A stretch of DNA of 64,000 bases from Octopus vulgaris (taxonomy: Eukaryota). Positions 10,994-23,788 of the stretch are shown here, in pieces. Location: positions 25,730,001 through 25,794,000 of the forward strand of contig OX597839.1 of NCBI GenBank assembly GCA_951406725.2, in the 5' to 3' direction. The position numbers were made by a program, and so were the translations under genes. Position 1 is the stretch's first letter. Every line of letters starts with the position of its first letter. The notes under the pieces were generated by a model. That model was not told the DNA's origin and did no database searches. It saw only the letters and a list, made by a program, of their open reading frames with translations.

Positions 10994-11635
10994 TAGGCGC
11001 AGGAGTGGCTGTGTGGTAAGTAGCTTCTTTACCAACCACATGGTTCCGGGTTCAGTCCCACTGCGTGGCACCTTGGGCAAGTGTCTTCTCCTATAGCCCC
11101 GGGCTGACCAAAGCCTTGTGAGTGGATTTGGTAGACGGAAACTGAAAGAAGCCCGTCGCTGAAGCATGGAACAAATTGTCGGCATCAGTTGCTAGTTGTT
11201 GGAGCACTGCATCCTTCAAAACTTCCATGCTTCCTGAGATTCGCCAACACTACACCAGATTTTCTCCCCTCCATACACACACAAGCATGTATCTGACTCA
11301 TACATTGTTCACTTTCCAGACACTTGTACATTACTGCATATGCTCTACACGCACTTTCTGACAAGCTGTGGTGCACCGGAGCACTATACAATAATTTCAT
11401 TGTTATTATTATTATATATATATGCGTGTGTGTGTCTGTGTTTGTCCCCCTAGCATCGCTTGACAACTGATGCTGGTGTGTTTATGTCCTCGTTACTTAG
11501 CGGTTCGGCAAAAGGGACCAATAGAATAAGTACTGGGCTTACAAAAGAAAAAGTCCCGGGTTCGAGTTGCTTGATTAAAGGCGGTGCTCCAGCATGGCCG
11601 CAGTCAAATAACTGAAACAAGTAAAAAGAAAAAGA
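10994..11635 (+). mobile_element. SINE family A with nested CR1 3' fragment (11157-11412)
   Basis: SINE halves flank GCTGAAGCATGGAACAAA...(TTA)n. Confidence 0.85.
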
Positions 11636-12335
11636 AAATTACCATTATTTTTTGTAGTTTAAATGTTTTCTTAAAATACATTTGGAATGCCATGGCTGTG
11701 TGGTTAAAAGGCAGTGATATCGCAACCTAGAGGTTTCCTGGTTCGATCCCGCTGCAAAGCACCCTGACCAAGTACTTGTATCGACCAAAACTTTATCATT
11801 GAAATTTAGTAAACGGGAACTTGAGAGGCCATTCCTGGAAACAACAGACCATTCCTGATAGTAAGAGGCTTTAATCCATCGCCCAGTTTATCACCACTGC
11901 CACTACCACCAAGAGCTGGGGTTCCCAACCTTTTTAATATCTGGGCTAGACCCAAAAGCTGAATCTTTTTTAGGGGTCCACACCAAAAAAAACAAAAAAA
12001 CAAAGTAAAATACAAGTCAATTAAAGAAAAGGGCTGCTGGAAGGATGCTTGAGTTCAAATACCACCAGGGTCGATTTTGCCTTTCGGGGTCGATAAAATA
12101 AGTACCAGTTGAGCACTGGGGTCGATGTATACGACTTATCCCCTTCCATAAAATTTCTGGCCTTGTGCTAAAATTTGAAACCATGCGGCCCTGGGAGCCA
12201 CTGACCTAGAGTCTTTAGTTATGTCTGCTCAGTTGCAAAGCATTTAGTCTGGTTTTGTGTCTAAAGATAACGTCCTCCCTTATTCCAATTTCTAAGTCCC
12301 TGTTTGAAAAAAAGGTCATGACCCTTTCTGTTCCA

Positions 12336-12731
12336 GAGTGGCTGTGTGGTAAGTAGCTTGCTTACCAACCACATGGTTCTGGGTTCAGTCCCACTGCGTG
12401 GCACCTTGGGCAAGTGTCTTCTGCTATAGCCTCAGGCCGAACAAAGCCTTGTGAGTGGATTTGGTAGACGGAAACTGAAAGAAGCCCGTCGTATATATGT
12501 ATATATATATATATGTATGTGTATGTGTTTGTGTGTCTGTGTTTGTTCCCCCACCATCGCTTGACAACCGATGCTGATGTGTTTACGTCCCGTCACTTAG
12601 CGGTCCGTCAAAAAGAGATCGATAGAATAAGTACTGGGCTTACAAAGAATAAGTCCCGGGGTCGATACGCTCGACTAAAGGCGGTGCTCCAGCATGGCCG
12701 CAGTCAAATGACTGAAACAAGTAAAAGAGTA
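12336..12731 (+). mobile_element. SINE family A
   Basis: Matches family A. Confidence 0.9.
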
Positions 12732-12759
12732 AACCATTAAATCAATAAATAAATTTTAA

Positions 12760-13082
12760 AAATTCAAATTTTAGCAAAAGGCCAAACAATTTCAGGGGAG
12801 GGGATTCATCGAATCATCGACCCCAGTGCTAATTTTATCGACCCCGAAGGGATGAAAGGCAAAGTCGGAATAAAAGTTACTAAGCACTTTTTTCCGTCGC
12901 AGTAACCTATTTCTTTACTACCCACAAGGGGCTAAACACAGAGGGGACAAACAAGGACAGACACATGGATTAAATCGATTACATCGACCCCCGTGCATAA
13001 CTGGTACTTATTTAATCGACCCCGAAAGGATGAAAGGCAAAGTCGACCTCGGCTAGTAACCATTCTGCCAATCGGCCGCCTT
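12760..13082 (-). mobile_element. Nested SINE family B fragments
   Basis: ATCGACCCCGAAAGGATGAAAGGCAAAGTCG motifs. Confidence 0.75.
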
Positions 13083-13559
13083 AGAACGAAGTTTCCCGTT
13101 TGAATCAATCATTCAGATAGTGTCAAGGGAGACTACTCTAGCAACCTTACCTACAAAGGTCGGTGAACGTGAATGGTTTTAAATATGAAATCTGGTTTAT
13201 AGAATCATTCATTTTCCTATCATCAGCCTACGGTGGATCTATTTAACGAATCTTTCTCCACTATCATCGTTCCTCCTGCATTGGTGAGGTCTTCACTTGA
13301 AATTCCAATCTTCGATCGTGCTCTTTCATCTCCATTCACTCCAAGAGACAAAATCCTCAAGCATTCATTTTATCGTGACATATTAATATATTTTTTCTTT
13401 TTATTCTCAAGAATTATTTATTTATTTATTCCAAAGTTAACGTACATTTTAAGCCTAGTCCCTCGTTTACATTTTTATTGACCCCGAAAATTTCTGAAAG
13501 TTTAATCAACCTTCCCTACTTCGTCCCACGTCTTCCTGGGTCTCTCTCTCTCTCTCTCT

Positions 13560-13885
13560 TCCGCAACCTCCATCCACATTTAGCGATCGACAATTCAGCT
13601 GTCTTTACCCATAAAACATCGCATCCTCATCCCGACAGTCTTCCCCCTTACACATTACATTTGATTCCTCTCAAGCCGAAGTGTTTCTCACACCAAGTTT
13701 GTACTTCGTCGTTCATGCACCCTTACGTTGCGCATCCAACGGGGCACACTCGTGTCTTCCCTCTGCAGTCTTCGAATCTCTTCTGCATTCGGGACCCACG
13801 TTTTACTCCTATGTAGCGCTGCAGCTCGTAAGTAAGCATCATACAATCTATCTTTCACTGCGATAGAGAAACTTTTTGTTACGAC
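13560..13885 (-). pseudogene. RTE-clade LINE RT C-terminal fragment
   Basis: VKDRLYDAYLRAAALHRSKTW..EEIRRLQRED..PRWMRNVRVHERRS resembles the RTE consensus K.RLY...VR..MLYGSETW. Confidence 0.7.
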
Positions 13886-13889
13886 CAGA

Positions 13890-14310
13890 AGCAACTGGCA
13901 GCTGACTTGGCATACACCCATAAAATTATTAACCATCTTACAAACAATAACTCTGAGCACCTTTTCAAACTCCACCCATCTAACACCCATGGACATGTTT
14001 ACAAAATCAGAAAACAGCACAGCTCCCATGACTTTCGGAAATATTTTTTCACGCCAAGAGTTGCTGAAGTATGGAACAAACTGCCGGCATCAGTTGTTAG
14101 TTGTCGGAGCACTGCATCCTTCAAAACTTCCATGCTTTCTGAGATTCACCAACACTACACCTGATTTCCTCCCCTCCATACACACACAAGCATGTATCTG
14201 ACTCATACATTATTCACTTCCCAGACATTTGTACATTACTGCATATACCCTGAAAAGTTGTGGTGCACCTGAGCACTGTATACAATAATTTCATTATTAT
14301 TATTATTATT
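13890..14310 (+). mobile_element. CR1-group LINE 3' fragment
   Basis: THGHVYKIRKQHSSHDFRKYFFTPRVAEVWNKLP..V...S...FK resembles the CR1 C-terminal motif TRGH..K..R..FF..RV...WN.LP. (TTA)n tail. Confidence 0.85.
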
Positions 14311-14346
14311 TATATTCTGGTTACTATATATTCAGGAAATACTCAA

Positions 14347-14718
14347 TGGCTGTGTGGTAAGTAGCTTGATTACCAACCACATGGTTCCAGGTTCAGTCCC
14401 ACTGCATGGCACCTTGGGCAAGTGTCTTTTACTATAGCCTTGTGAGTGGATTTGGTAGATGGAAACTGAAAGAAGCCTGTTGTATATGTGTATATATAGA
14501 TATGTGTGTATATGTTTGTGTGTCTGTGATCGTCCCCCCAACATCGCTTGACAACCGATGCTGGTGTGTTTACGTCCCCGTAACTTAGCAGTTCGGCAAA
14601 AGAGACCGATAGGATAAGTACTAGGCTTACAAAGAGTAAGTCCCGGGGTCGATTTGCTCGACTAAAGGCGGTGCTCCAGCATGGCCGCAGTCAAATGACT
14701 GGAACAAGTAAAAGAGTA
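14347..14718 (+). mobile_element. SINE family A
   Basis: Matches family A. Confidence 0.88.
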
Positions 14719-15019
14719 ACTGTTACCGAGGTAGCAAAAGCTATTCCCTACCCCTAGGGATACTCCTGGCCATTTGAAAAAAAATCTATTTCTCATGCGC
14801 TCTTAATCCTTATTGATCGTCAACATCTGTTACATATAAAGTCAACTTAATCCGTGTTACTTCTGCGCTTCTTGTGTCTCGACAGCAGCGGTTCTCAACA
14901 TTTTTAATATCCGCACCAGATCTAAAAATTCCTACTTATTCCTTTTCAACATTAAGCACGACCATATCTACCATGGAAGCAGCATCCTGTTTTTTTTTTT
15001 CTTCCTTTTTGATACTTCA

Positions 15020-15300
15020 GTCATCATCATCATCATCGTCGTCATTGTTTAACATCCGTTTTCCATGCTAGCATGGGTTGGACGGTTTGACTGAGGACTA
15101 GCAAGCCAGGAGGCTGCACCAGGCTCCAATCTGATCTGGCAATGTTTCTACAGCTTGATGCCCTTCCTAACACCAATCACTCAGAGAGTGTAGTGGGTGC
15201 TTTTTACATGCCACCAGCACAGGGGCCATTCAGGGGGCATTGGTATCGACCACATTTGGATCATGCTTTTTACGTGCCACTGGCATGAAAGCCAATCAGT
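15020..15300 (-). mobile_element. Family D (RTE 3' UTR) repeat
   Basis: (CAT)n followed by TTTAACATCCGTTTTCCATGCTAGCATGGG. Confidence 0.78.
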
Positions 15301-15944
15301 GTTTGCTAAATTTATTTTAAGGCCCTTTGATTCCCAGTTTTACTTCCACCCTTGAAATTTCTTTTCTGATTCTTCTCTGCAGGTTCAGCTACAACAAGAC
15401 CCTCAGCATTTCGGAATCCCCACAGGCCTTAAAATTCTTCTGCTATGGTCTGGAGGACTACAATAAATAGAAGGGCCTTAGTGAACCCCTACCAGCATAC
15501 TGGATTTATTTCTGCATTCATTACTAATTCTTACCTTACTGACAGCACCTCTGTATGTGGCTTGTAAGGCTCTCAGAAACCACTAGTCTACTTCTAGCTT
15601 CTTTAGTGACCACCACATCATTGAGCGAGAGACCCTGCAGAGTCCTTCTCCAGATCAACAAATGCAAAGTACAAGGGTTTACTCTAGGCTAATTATTTCC
15701 CTTGTAGTTATGTCACCTTTTCTCAACCTCTTTCACATTGTTGAATCTCCATCTGTGCAGGATATGAGCTACAACCTGGAACATGTAATATGATTGTACA
15801 AGGCCTGACTTGTAAGCAGGGTGAGGCAGCACTTCAAGCCCATCAAGTTTGCATTTGGTCCCGTCGGCAATGTATGCTGGGGCGTTGTCTTGCTGTAGGA
15901 GTGTATGTCTTCTATTGACCAATGCCAAGTAGTTGGCTTTCAAA

Positions 15945-16672
15945 TCAACCATTGTACCAACAATAACTCTGAGCACCTTTTCAAACTCCACCCGTCTAAC
16001 ACCCGTGGACATATTTACAAAGTCAGAAAACAGCACAGCTCCCATGACTTCAGGAAACATTTTTTCACGCTGAGAGTTGCTGAAGCATGGAACAAACTGC
16101 CAGCATCAGTTGTTGGTTGTCGGAGCACTGCATCCTTCAAAACTTCAATGCTTCCTGAGTCCATCTGTCTAACACCCGTGGACATGTTTACAAAGTCAGA
16201 AAACAGCACAGCTCCCATGACTTCAGGAAACATTTTTTCACGCTGAGAGTTGCTGAAGCATGGAACAAACTGCCGGCATCAGTTGTTAGTTGTCGGAGCA
16301 CTGCATCCTTCAAAACTTCCATGCTTCCTGAGTCCGTCTGTCTAACACCCGTGGACATGTTTACAAAGTCAGTAAACAGCACAGCTCCCATGACTTCAGG
16401 AAACATTTTTTCACGCTGAGAGTTGCTGAAGCATGGAACAAACTGCCAGCATCAGTTGTTAGTTGTCGGAGCACTGCATCCTTCAAAACTTCCATGCTTC
16501 CTGAGATTCGCCAACACTACACCTGATTTTCTCCCCTCCATACACACACAAGCATGTATCTGACTCATGCATTGTTCACTTTCCAGACATTTGTACATTA
16601 CTGCATGTGCTTTATACGCACTTTCTGACAAGTTGTGGTGCACCTGAGCACTGTATACAATAATTTCATTAT
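15945..16672 (+). mobile_element. CR1-group LINE 3' fragment with internal 173-bp triplication
   Basis: GTCTAACACCCGTGGACAT unit begins at 15994, 16167 and 16340. Single 3' tail. Confidence 0.9.
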
Positions 16673-16979
16673 TAATATTTTTTTTTTAAACCATCATATA
16701 CGCACTGCAGTTGTTGAATATGAAGGTTAGGGTTCTCAGCATGACCCTCTGGGTCAAGCTCAAGGTGCAGCACTCCCTCGAAATTCCACCAAACACACAA
16801 CATGGCTTTCTGTTCAAACCGCCCTTGTTTGATAACGGCTTCTGAAGCCCAGCCGGAAAGAAACCCACTGATTTCTCTTAGGATTACGAAAATAGATCCC
16901 TTTTTTCATCCCCAGTTACAATTCGATGCCAAGAAACGAACAACACAAGGATTTGCCAGATGTTGTTTGCGAATGTTCA

Positions 16980-17383
16980 CGCAGGAGTGGCTGTGTGGTA
17001 AGTAGCTTGCTAACCAACCACATGGTTCCGGGTTCAGTCCCACTGCATGGCACCTTGGGCAAGTGTCTTCTGCTATAGCCCCGGGCCGACCAATGCCTTG
17101 TGAGTGGATTTGGTAGACGGAAACTGAAAGAAGCCTGTCGTATATATGTATGTGTGTGTGTTTGTGTGTCTGTCTTTGTTCCCCCAGCATTGCTTGACAA
17201 CTGATGCTGGTGTGTTTACGTCCCCGTCACTTAGCGGTTCGGCAAAAGAGACCGATAGAATAAGTACTGGGCTTACAAAGAATAAGTCCCGGGGTCGATT
17301 TACTCAACTAAAGGTGGTGCTCCAGCATGGCCGCAGTCAAATGACTGAAACAAGTAAAAGAGTAAAAGAGAGAGAGAGAGAGT
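16980..17383 (+). mobile_element. SINE family A nested in the mariner
   Basis: Matches family A. Confidence 0.9.
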
Positions 17384-17706
17384 AGAGTGTTGTTGAGCCT
17401 GGTCATTGTCCAGTTCACGGGGAACTTCAAAACAGCGTCTGTTCACAAGGCCGAGCTTATGGAGGTCTCGATTGTTGGTTCTTTGTGAAGGACCAAGTTC
17501 TGCCACCAGCATACGAGTGCTTGCGTGTGGCTGTTGTTCACCCGTTTCAAGCAAGACCTCAACTTCCACAATAGAAGATTTTCCTGACCTTGGTTTTTCT
17601 CTGAGGTTGGTGGCCCCTTCTGGGAAACATCTGAACCAGTTTTGTACCACATGTTTGTTCGCAGGTCCCGGACCTTCCACACTATTAATATCTTTTACTG
17701 CCGTTC

Positions 17707-17932
17707 CTTACTACCCACAAGGGGTTAAACACAGAGGAGACAAACAAGGACAGACAAACGGATTAAGTCGATTACATCGACCCCAGTGCGTAACTGGTAC
17801 TTAATTTATTGACCCCGAAAGGATGAAATGGAAAGTCGACCTCGGCGGAATTTGAACTCAGAACGTAGCGGCAGACGAAATACGGCTACGCATTTCGCCC
17901 AGCGTGCTAACGTTTCTGCCAGCTCGCCACCT
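17707..17932 (-). mobile_element. SINE family B nested in the mariner
   Basis: Matches family B. Flanking repeat CTATTAATATCTTTTACYGCCGTTC at ~17682 and ~17952. Confidence 0.85.
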
Positions 17933-18235
17933 TTTAAATTAATATTAATATCTATTAATATCTTTTACCGCCGTTCTGTTACTCGCTCCTTTTTTCCACA
18001 GGTTCTGTAAAATGGCTTAAATTGCAATTTTTTTGAACCACTCATTATCAAAACTGTAAAACAAAGAAGAATTAATGTTTATATGTTATTTATAAAAATA
18101 AAGAATAAACAATTTAGCAAAGATTGGACAACAAACTGTATTAAATTAATGATATTTCATAGAAATACAGTGAAAATTCAAAAAGCTTTTGGCTCAGCTT
18201 GATCCATCCATCCATACATTTATGTATTGTATAGT

Positions 18236-18925
18236 GAAGGCACATGGCTTAGTGGTTAGGGTATTTGGCTCATAATCAGGAGTTCAATTCCCGGCATGTT
18301 ATGCCCTTGAGCAAGACACTTTATTCTACATTGTTCCAGTTCACTCGGCTGGCTAAAATGAATTGTACCTGTAATTCCAAAGGGGCCAGCCTTGTCACTT
18401 TCGGTGTCATGCTGAATCTCCCTAAGAGCTATGTTAAGAGTGTGGATGTCTGTGGAGTACTCAGCCACTTGCAAATTCATTTCACAAACAGGCTCTTCCA
18501 TTGATCATATAACTGATGGAGTTACCAAAGGCACCTGGCTTAGTGGTCAAGGCCATGAGTTCAGCTCCTGGCAGTGGGTTGTGTCCTTGAGCAAGACACT
18601 TTATTCCACTTTATTGCTCCAGTCCACTCAGCTGGCAAAAATGAGTAGGACCTGTAGCTCAAAGGGACCAGATTTGTCACATCTTGGTGTCAAGCTGAAG
18701 AATATCCACGAGAACTACATTCAGGATACATGTGTCTGTGGAGTACTCAGCCACTTGCACGTCAATTACACAAGCAGGCCGTTCCATTGATTGGATCAAC
18801 TGGAACCCTCATTGTTGTAACCAATGGAATGCCAGTTATCTCACGTCCACTCTGATGGCAAAAATGAGTTGTACCTGTAATACAAAGGGGCCAGCCTTGT
18901 CACGTTCTGTGTCATGCTGAGAACT
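18236..18925 (+). mobile_element. Tandem cluster of old SINE copies related to family C
   Basis: GGCAC.TGGCTTAGTGGT head and CCTTGAGCAAGACACTT at ~18240 and ~18530, plus a third fragment at ~18850. Confidence 0.7.
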
Positions 18926-18999
18926 CCCTTAATCCTGAGTACACTAATCACTAGGATATGCACCTTCACACACACACATATATATGTTGTTCTTTTCTT

Positions 19000-19407
19000 T
19001 TTTCTCTTTTACTTGTTTCAGTCATTTGACTGCGGCCATGCTGGAGCACTGCCTTTAATCGAGCAACTCGACCCCGGGACTTATTCTTTTGTAAGCCCAG
19101 TACTTATTCTATCGGTCTCTTTTGCCGAACTGTTAAGTGACGGGGACATAAACACACCAGCATCGGTTGTCAAGCAATGCTAGGGGGACAAACACAGACA
19201 CACAAACATATACACACACACTTACATATATATACATATATACGACAGGCTTCTTTCAGTTTCCGTCTACCAAATCCACTCACAAGGCTTTGGTCAGTCC
19301 GAGGCTATAATAGAAGACACTTGCCCAAGGTGCCAAGCAGTGGGACTGAACCCGGAACCATATGGTCCGTAAGCAAGCTACTTACCACACAGCAACTCCT
19401 ATGCCTA
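19000..19407 (-). mobile_element. SINE family A
   Basis: Matches family A. Confidence 0.9.
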
Positions 19408-19419
19408 TAATAATGTTTC

Positions 19420-19700
19420 TCTTAAATCCCTTACACTCTTTCGTGTATGCACACTGACATTACCCACCCAGCCGAGCCTGCTGGCTTCCTTTCTTTCAAG
19501 CCTTCATAGGACCTCTGTAATCATAGCCCATGTTTCACTGGCATGTAGCAAAGCTGTATGTCTACAGGCATCATACAATCTGCCTTTCACTCTGAGGGAG
19601 CGGCCCTTTATCACTGACAAAGGTAGTACTGCTCTAAACTTTGCCTAACTCATTCTTATTCTAGTAGCTATGCTTTCAGAGCTTCTTCCAACTTTGGAAA
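19420..19700 (-). pseudogene. RTE-clade LINE RT fragment
   Basis: KGRSLRVKGRLYDACRHTALLHASETWA. Confidence 0.75.
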
Positions 19701-19739
19701 CTTGGTTGGGGAGAACGATGGTGGAGACAGGACGATCCC

Positions 19740-20345
19740 TGCTCCCCGCTGGTCACAACATGCCATCCATTCGTCTCTGGACTGCGCCTTCATCATCCAC
19801 ATAGCTCCAAATGCTTATTTCCTCCCCCACTGTTTTGGAGGCCTTCCAAGTGGCTTCTTCTACTCACACGGATGCCACTCGACAACTGCGCAAGTCCATT
19901 GATTGTTGGTGAACCAAGCAATGTGTCCAGCCCAGCTGAGCTTTTGCCTTTAGTATTCTGTGACTTTTTTCCTGTGACTTTATTCTGTGACTTTTTTCCT
20001 GTGACTTTATTCTGTGACTTTTTTCTTGTGACTTTTTTCTGTGACTTTTTTCTGTGACATTTTTCTGTGACTTCTTTCCTGTGACTTCTTCTGTGACTTT
20101 TTTCTGTGATTTTTTTCTGACATTTTTCCTGTGACTTTATGCAGTGAATTTTTTCTTGTGACTTTTTCCTGTGACTTTTTTCTGTGACTTTCTCTCTCAT
20201 CATTTTGCTCTGGATGTGCTCTTTCAGTGACGCTCCCAGCATTGATCTTTCCATAGCTCTTTGAGCAGTTACCAACGTCTGCTCCTCTCTTTTTGTTGTG
20301 GCCCAAATTTTGCTCTCATACAAAATTGCAGGTAATACAGCATGA
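19740..20345 (-). pseudogene. RTE-clade LINE C-terminal fragment (second family) containing a minisatellite
   Basis: LYESKIWATTKREEQTLVTAQRAMERSMLG, then KLSWAGHIA..QWT..VVEWHP..KPLGRPPKQW. Confidence 0.8.
19955..20190. repeat. 14-15-bp minisatellite (TTTTTTCTGTGACT)n
   Basis: About 16 degenerate units. Confidence 0.92.
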
Positions 20346-20587
20346 AGAAATGGGCCTCAGTACCCTGCACATCAATAGGACCATACCACAGCAATGGCAC
20401 ACAATCTGAGCAACAAGAAGCTGCTAAGAATCTCAGGTTCCAAAAAGCTGCCAAGGAATAGGAGTAACCTTGCCAAGTGCTGGTCTTTAGCCCGGGAGGG
20501 GTGGGGTTGAATGGTTTGAATCACCTGATGGAGGAGAAAATGATCAGGTACAATGGATTGGGATTGTGTGAGATTTATCAGAAAAAG

Positions 20588-20756
20588 GGCAGGAGTGGCT
20601 GTGTGGTAAGTAGCTTGCTAACCAACCACATGGTTCCGGGTTCAGTCCCACTGCGTGGCATCTTGGGCAAGTGTCTTCTGCTATAGCCCCGGACCGACCA
20701 ATGCCTTGTGAATGGATTTGGTAGACGGAAACTGAAAGAAGCCTGTCGTATATATG

Positions 20757-20804
<48 letters not shown>

Positions 20805-21005
20805 TGTGTCTGTGTTTGTCCCCCTAGCATTGCTTGACAACCGATGCAGGTGTGTTTACGTCCCTGTCACTAAGCGGTTCGGCAAAAGAGACCGATAGAA
20901 TAAGTACTGGGCTTACAAAGAATGAGTCCCGGGTTCGATTTGCTCGACTAAAAGGCGGTGCTCCAGCATGGCCGCAGTCAAATGACTGAAACAAGTAAAA
21001 GAGTA
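20588..21005 (+). mobile_element. SINE family A
   Basis: Matches family A. Confidence 0.9.
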
Positions 21006-21009
21006 AGGA

Positions 21010-21545
21010 GAGTTCATGATGGAATGACAGATGTGCCATAAGAGTGGGGACAGCAGAAGGGGCCAGATCAGTTGGGGGTGTCAAATTCATCATAAGCAAG
21101 GAATGGGCTTCAGAGATCACCTCCTGCCAGTTTGTATCAGCACAGATCAGGATGCTAAGCGTGAACCTCTGTGGAAAGGCCACCCTTAAGACTATCCAGA
21201 CATATGCTCCCTCAGGCGCCAGCGATGACGATGAGGCTGGATTTTTCTATCACCAGCTAGACAAGGTGTAAGCTTGGAAATTGACCTACACCATCGTGAT
21301 GGGAGATTTTAACACAAGGGTCGGAAAAGGGTGACAAGGAGAAGTGTATGGTGGAGAGTTCGGATCGGGCGAAAGAAATAAGAGCGGGGAACGTCTGATC
21401 ACAATGGCAGAGGTGAAGCAGGTTTATATTGGGAACAGCCTGTTCGGGAAGAAGAATGAGAAAAAAAGGGACCTGAATTGCCCCAAATGCTGAGATCAAC
21501 CATATTCTGGGTTGACAAACAGCACATTTTGCAAGACGTCTGTGA
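21010..21545 (+). pseudogene. RTE-clade LINE apurinic-like endonuclease fragment
   Basis: SVGGVKFII..IQTYAP...FYHQLD..IVMGDFNTRVG..GEFGSGERNKSGERL..IGNSLF, with in-frame stops. Confidence 0.85.
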
Positions 21546-21548
21546 CCT

Positions 21549-21925
21549 AGGAGTGGCTGTGTGGTAAGTAGCTTGCTTACCAACCACATGGTTCCGGGTT
21601 CAGTCCCACTGTGTGACACCCAGAGCAAGTGTCTTCGGCTATAGCCTCGGGCCGACCAAAGCCTTGTGAGTAAATTTGGTAGACGGAAACTGAAAAGAAG
21701 CCCATTGTATATGTGTGTGTATGTGTTTGTGTGTCTGTGTTTGTCCCCCAACATTGCTTGACAACCAATGCTGGTGTGCTTACATCCCCGTAACTTAGCG
21801 GTTCGGCAAACGAGACCAATAGAATAAGAACTCTGCTTACAAAGAGTAAGTCCTGGGGTCGATTTCTTCGATTAAAGGCGGTGCTCCAGCATGGCCACAT
21901 TCAAATGACTGAAACAAGTAAAAGA
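21549..21925 (+). mobile_element. SINE family A
   Basis: Matches family A. Confidence 0.88.
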
Positions 21926-21942
21926 ATATATATTTTTTTTTT

Positions 21943-22152
21943 CTTTTATTCATTTCAGTCATTTGACTGTGGCCATGCTGGAGCGCCACCTTTAAAGGGT
22001 TGCTAGTAGAAGAAATCGACCCCAGGACTTATTCTTTGTAAGCCTAGTATTTATTCTATCAGTCTCTTTTGCTGAACTGCTTAGTTACAGGGACATAAAC
22101 ACACCAACATTGGTTGTCAAGCGATGGTGGGAGGACAAACACAGACACACAC
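21943..22152 (-). mobile_element. SINE family A 3' half (tail-to-tail with the previous copy)
   Basis: Reverse complement of the family A tail. Confidence 0.82.
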
Positions 22153-22460
22153 GGCCATGCTGGGGCACCACTTTAAATTTTCATCAAACAAATTGACTCC
22201 CAGTAACTAATTTTTAAGCCTGGTAATTATCCTATCAGTCACCTTTGCTGAACTGCTAGGTTACGGGAACATTAAACTAGACGCATACACACACACACAA
22301 CAGGCCTTTTTCCAATTTTCATTTCCTAAATCTACTCGCAAAGCGTAGAAGACAACTTGCCCAAGGTGCTATAGTGGGATTGAACCTGGAACCTTGCGAC
22401 TGGGAAACAGACTCCTTATCACACAGCTACAGCTGTATACATACATATATAAACATATAC

Positions 22461-22619
22461 GCTGTGTGGTAAGAAGCTTGCTAAACAACCACATGGTTCC
22501 GGGTTCAGTCCCACTGCGTGGCATCTTGGGCAAGTGTCTTCTGCTATAGCCCCGGGCCGACCAATGCCTTGTGAGTGGATTTGGTAGACGGAAACTGAAA
22601 GAAACCTGTCGTATATATG

Positions 22620-22656
<37 letters not shown>

Positions 22657-22855
22657 TTGTTCCCCTAGCATTGCTTGACAACCGATGCTGGTGTGTTTAC
22701 GTCCCCGTCACTTAGAGGTTCGGCAAAAGAGACCGATAGAATAAGTACTGGGCTTACAAAGAATAAGTCCCGGGGTCGTCGATTTGCTCGACTAAAGGCG
22801 GTGCTCCAGCATGGCCGCAGTCAAATGACTGAAACAAGTAAAAGAGAGAGAGAGA
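22461..22855 (+). mobile_element. SINE family A
   Basis: Matches family A. Confidence 0.9.
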
Positions 22856-23071
22856 ATATGTATGTACACACACACACACACGCATATATATACATAATAC
22901 CTATGTACTAGTACAGGGTATTATATAGTCAAGTCTGATAAAACACGAAACCTGTTTAATGTAAATATATACACATATGTATATACAGCCATAAACATTT
23001 GCACGCGCGCGTGCACATGCATTCCACGAAAAATTATATCTCAAGAATTTACCATGTCATTTGACATGCTT

Positions 23072-23173
<102 letters not shown>

Positions 23174-23212
23174 CTAAATGGATATATATATATGTATATA
23201 TATATACTAAAT

Positions 23213-23250
<38 letters not shown>

Positions 23251-23311
23251 TAAATGGATATGTAACTATATTCTGTGAAAGAGTGCGTGTGTGTATAATA
23301 TATATATATAC

Positions 23312-23352
<41 letters not shown>

Positions 23353-23788
23353 CATATATAATTTTCAGAAATCGGAAAAATTTATATGTACTTTAATACT
23401 AAAAAGTACGCACGTGCGTGTGTGAGCATAAATTTTAGACACAAATTTTTTATATATATATATATATATAGCCTTTATAGCTAAATAGTCGTTAGATGGT
23501 TATATATACATTTAGATGCTACTATAAATTCCTTACAACATTTACAATCACGTTAAAGTGTCTAAATTCCCCCAAAAGTAAAATAAAATTGAAGGGAGCC
23601 ACGCGTCAGGCGAAGAACTCCATTATCGTATAATCACTTCCCTCCATGGAATATCGTTTATTTCTCAGAGAAATATTTCCAACGACACAATTTTATTTAG
23701 CGATATCGTTTCCTTGTGGTGCTGCTAAATACACACGATGAAAATTTTAAACAAAAATTGGAGCGTACAACGCAGTCATACAATCCAC

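Larger units (their letters stand above)
15713..18202 (-). pseudogene. Decayed mariner (DD34D) transposon split by nested insertions
   Basis: N-terminus VQNWFRCF..LREKPRSG..VPREL (17385-17680); middle KAMLCVWWNFEGVLHLEL (16700-16980); C-terminus LLQQDNAPAY..LEVLPHPAYKSGLVQSYYMF (15713-15945). Confidence 0.8.
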
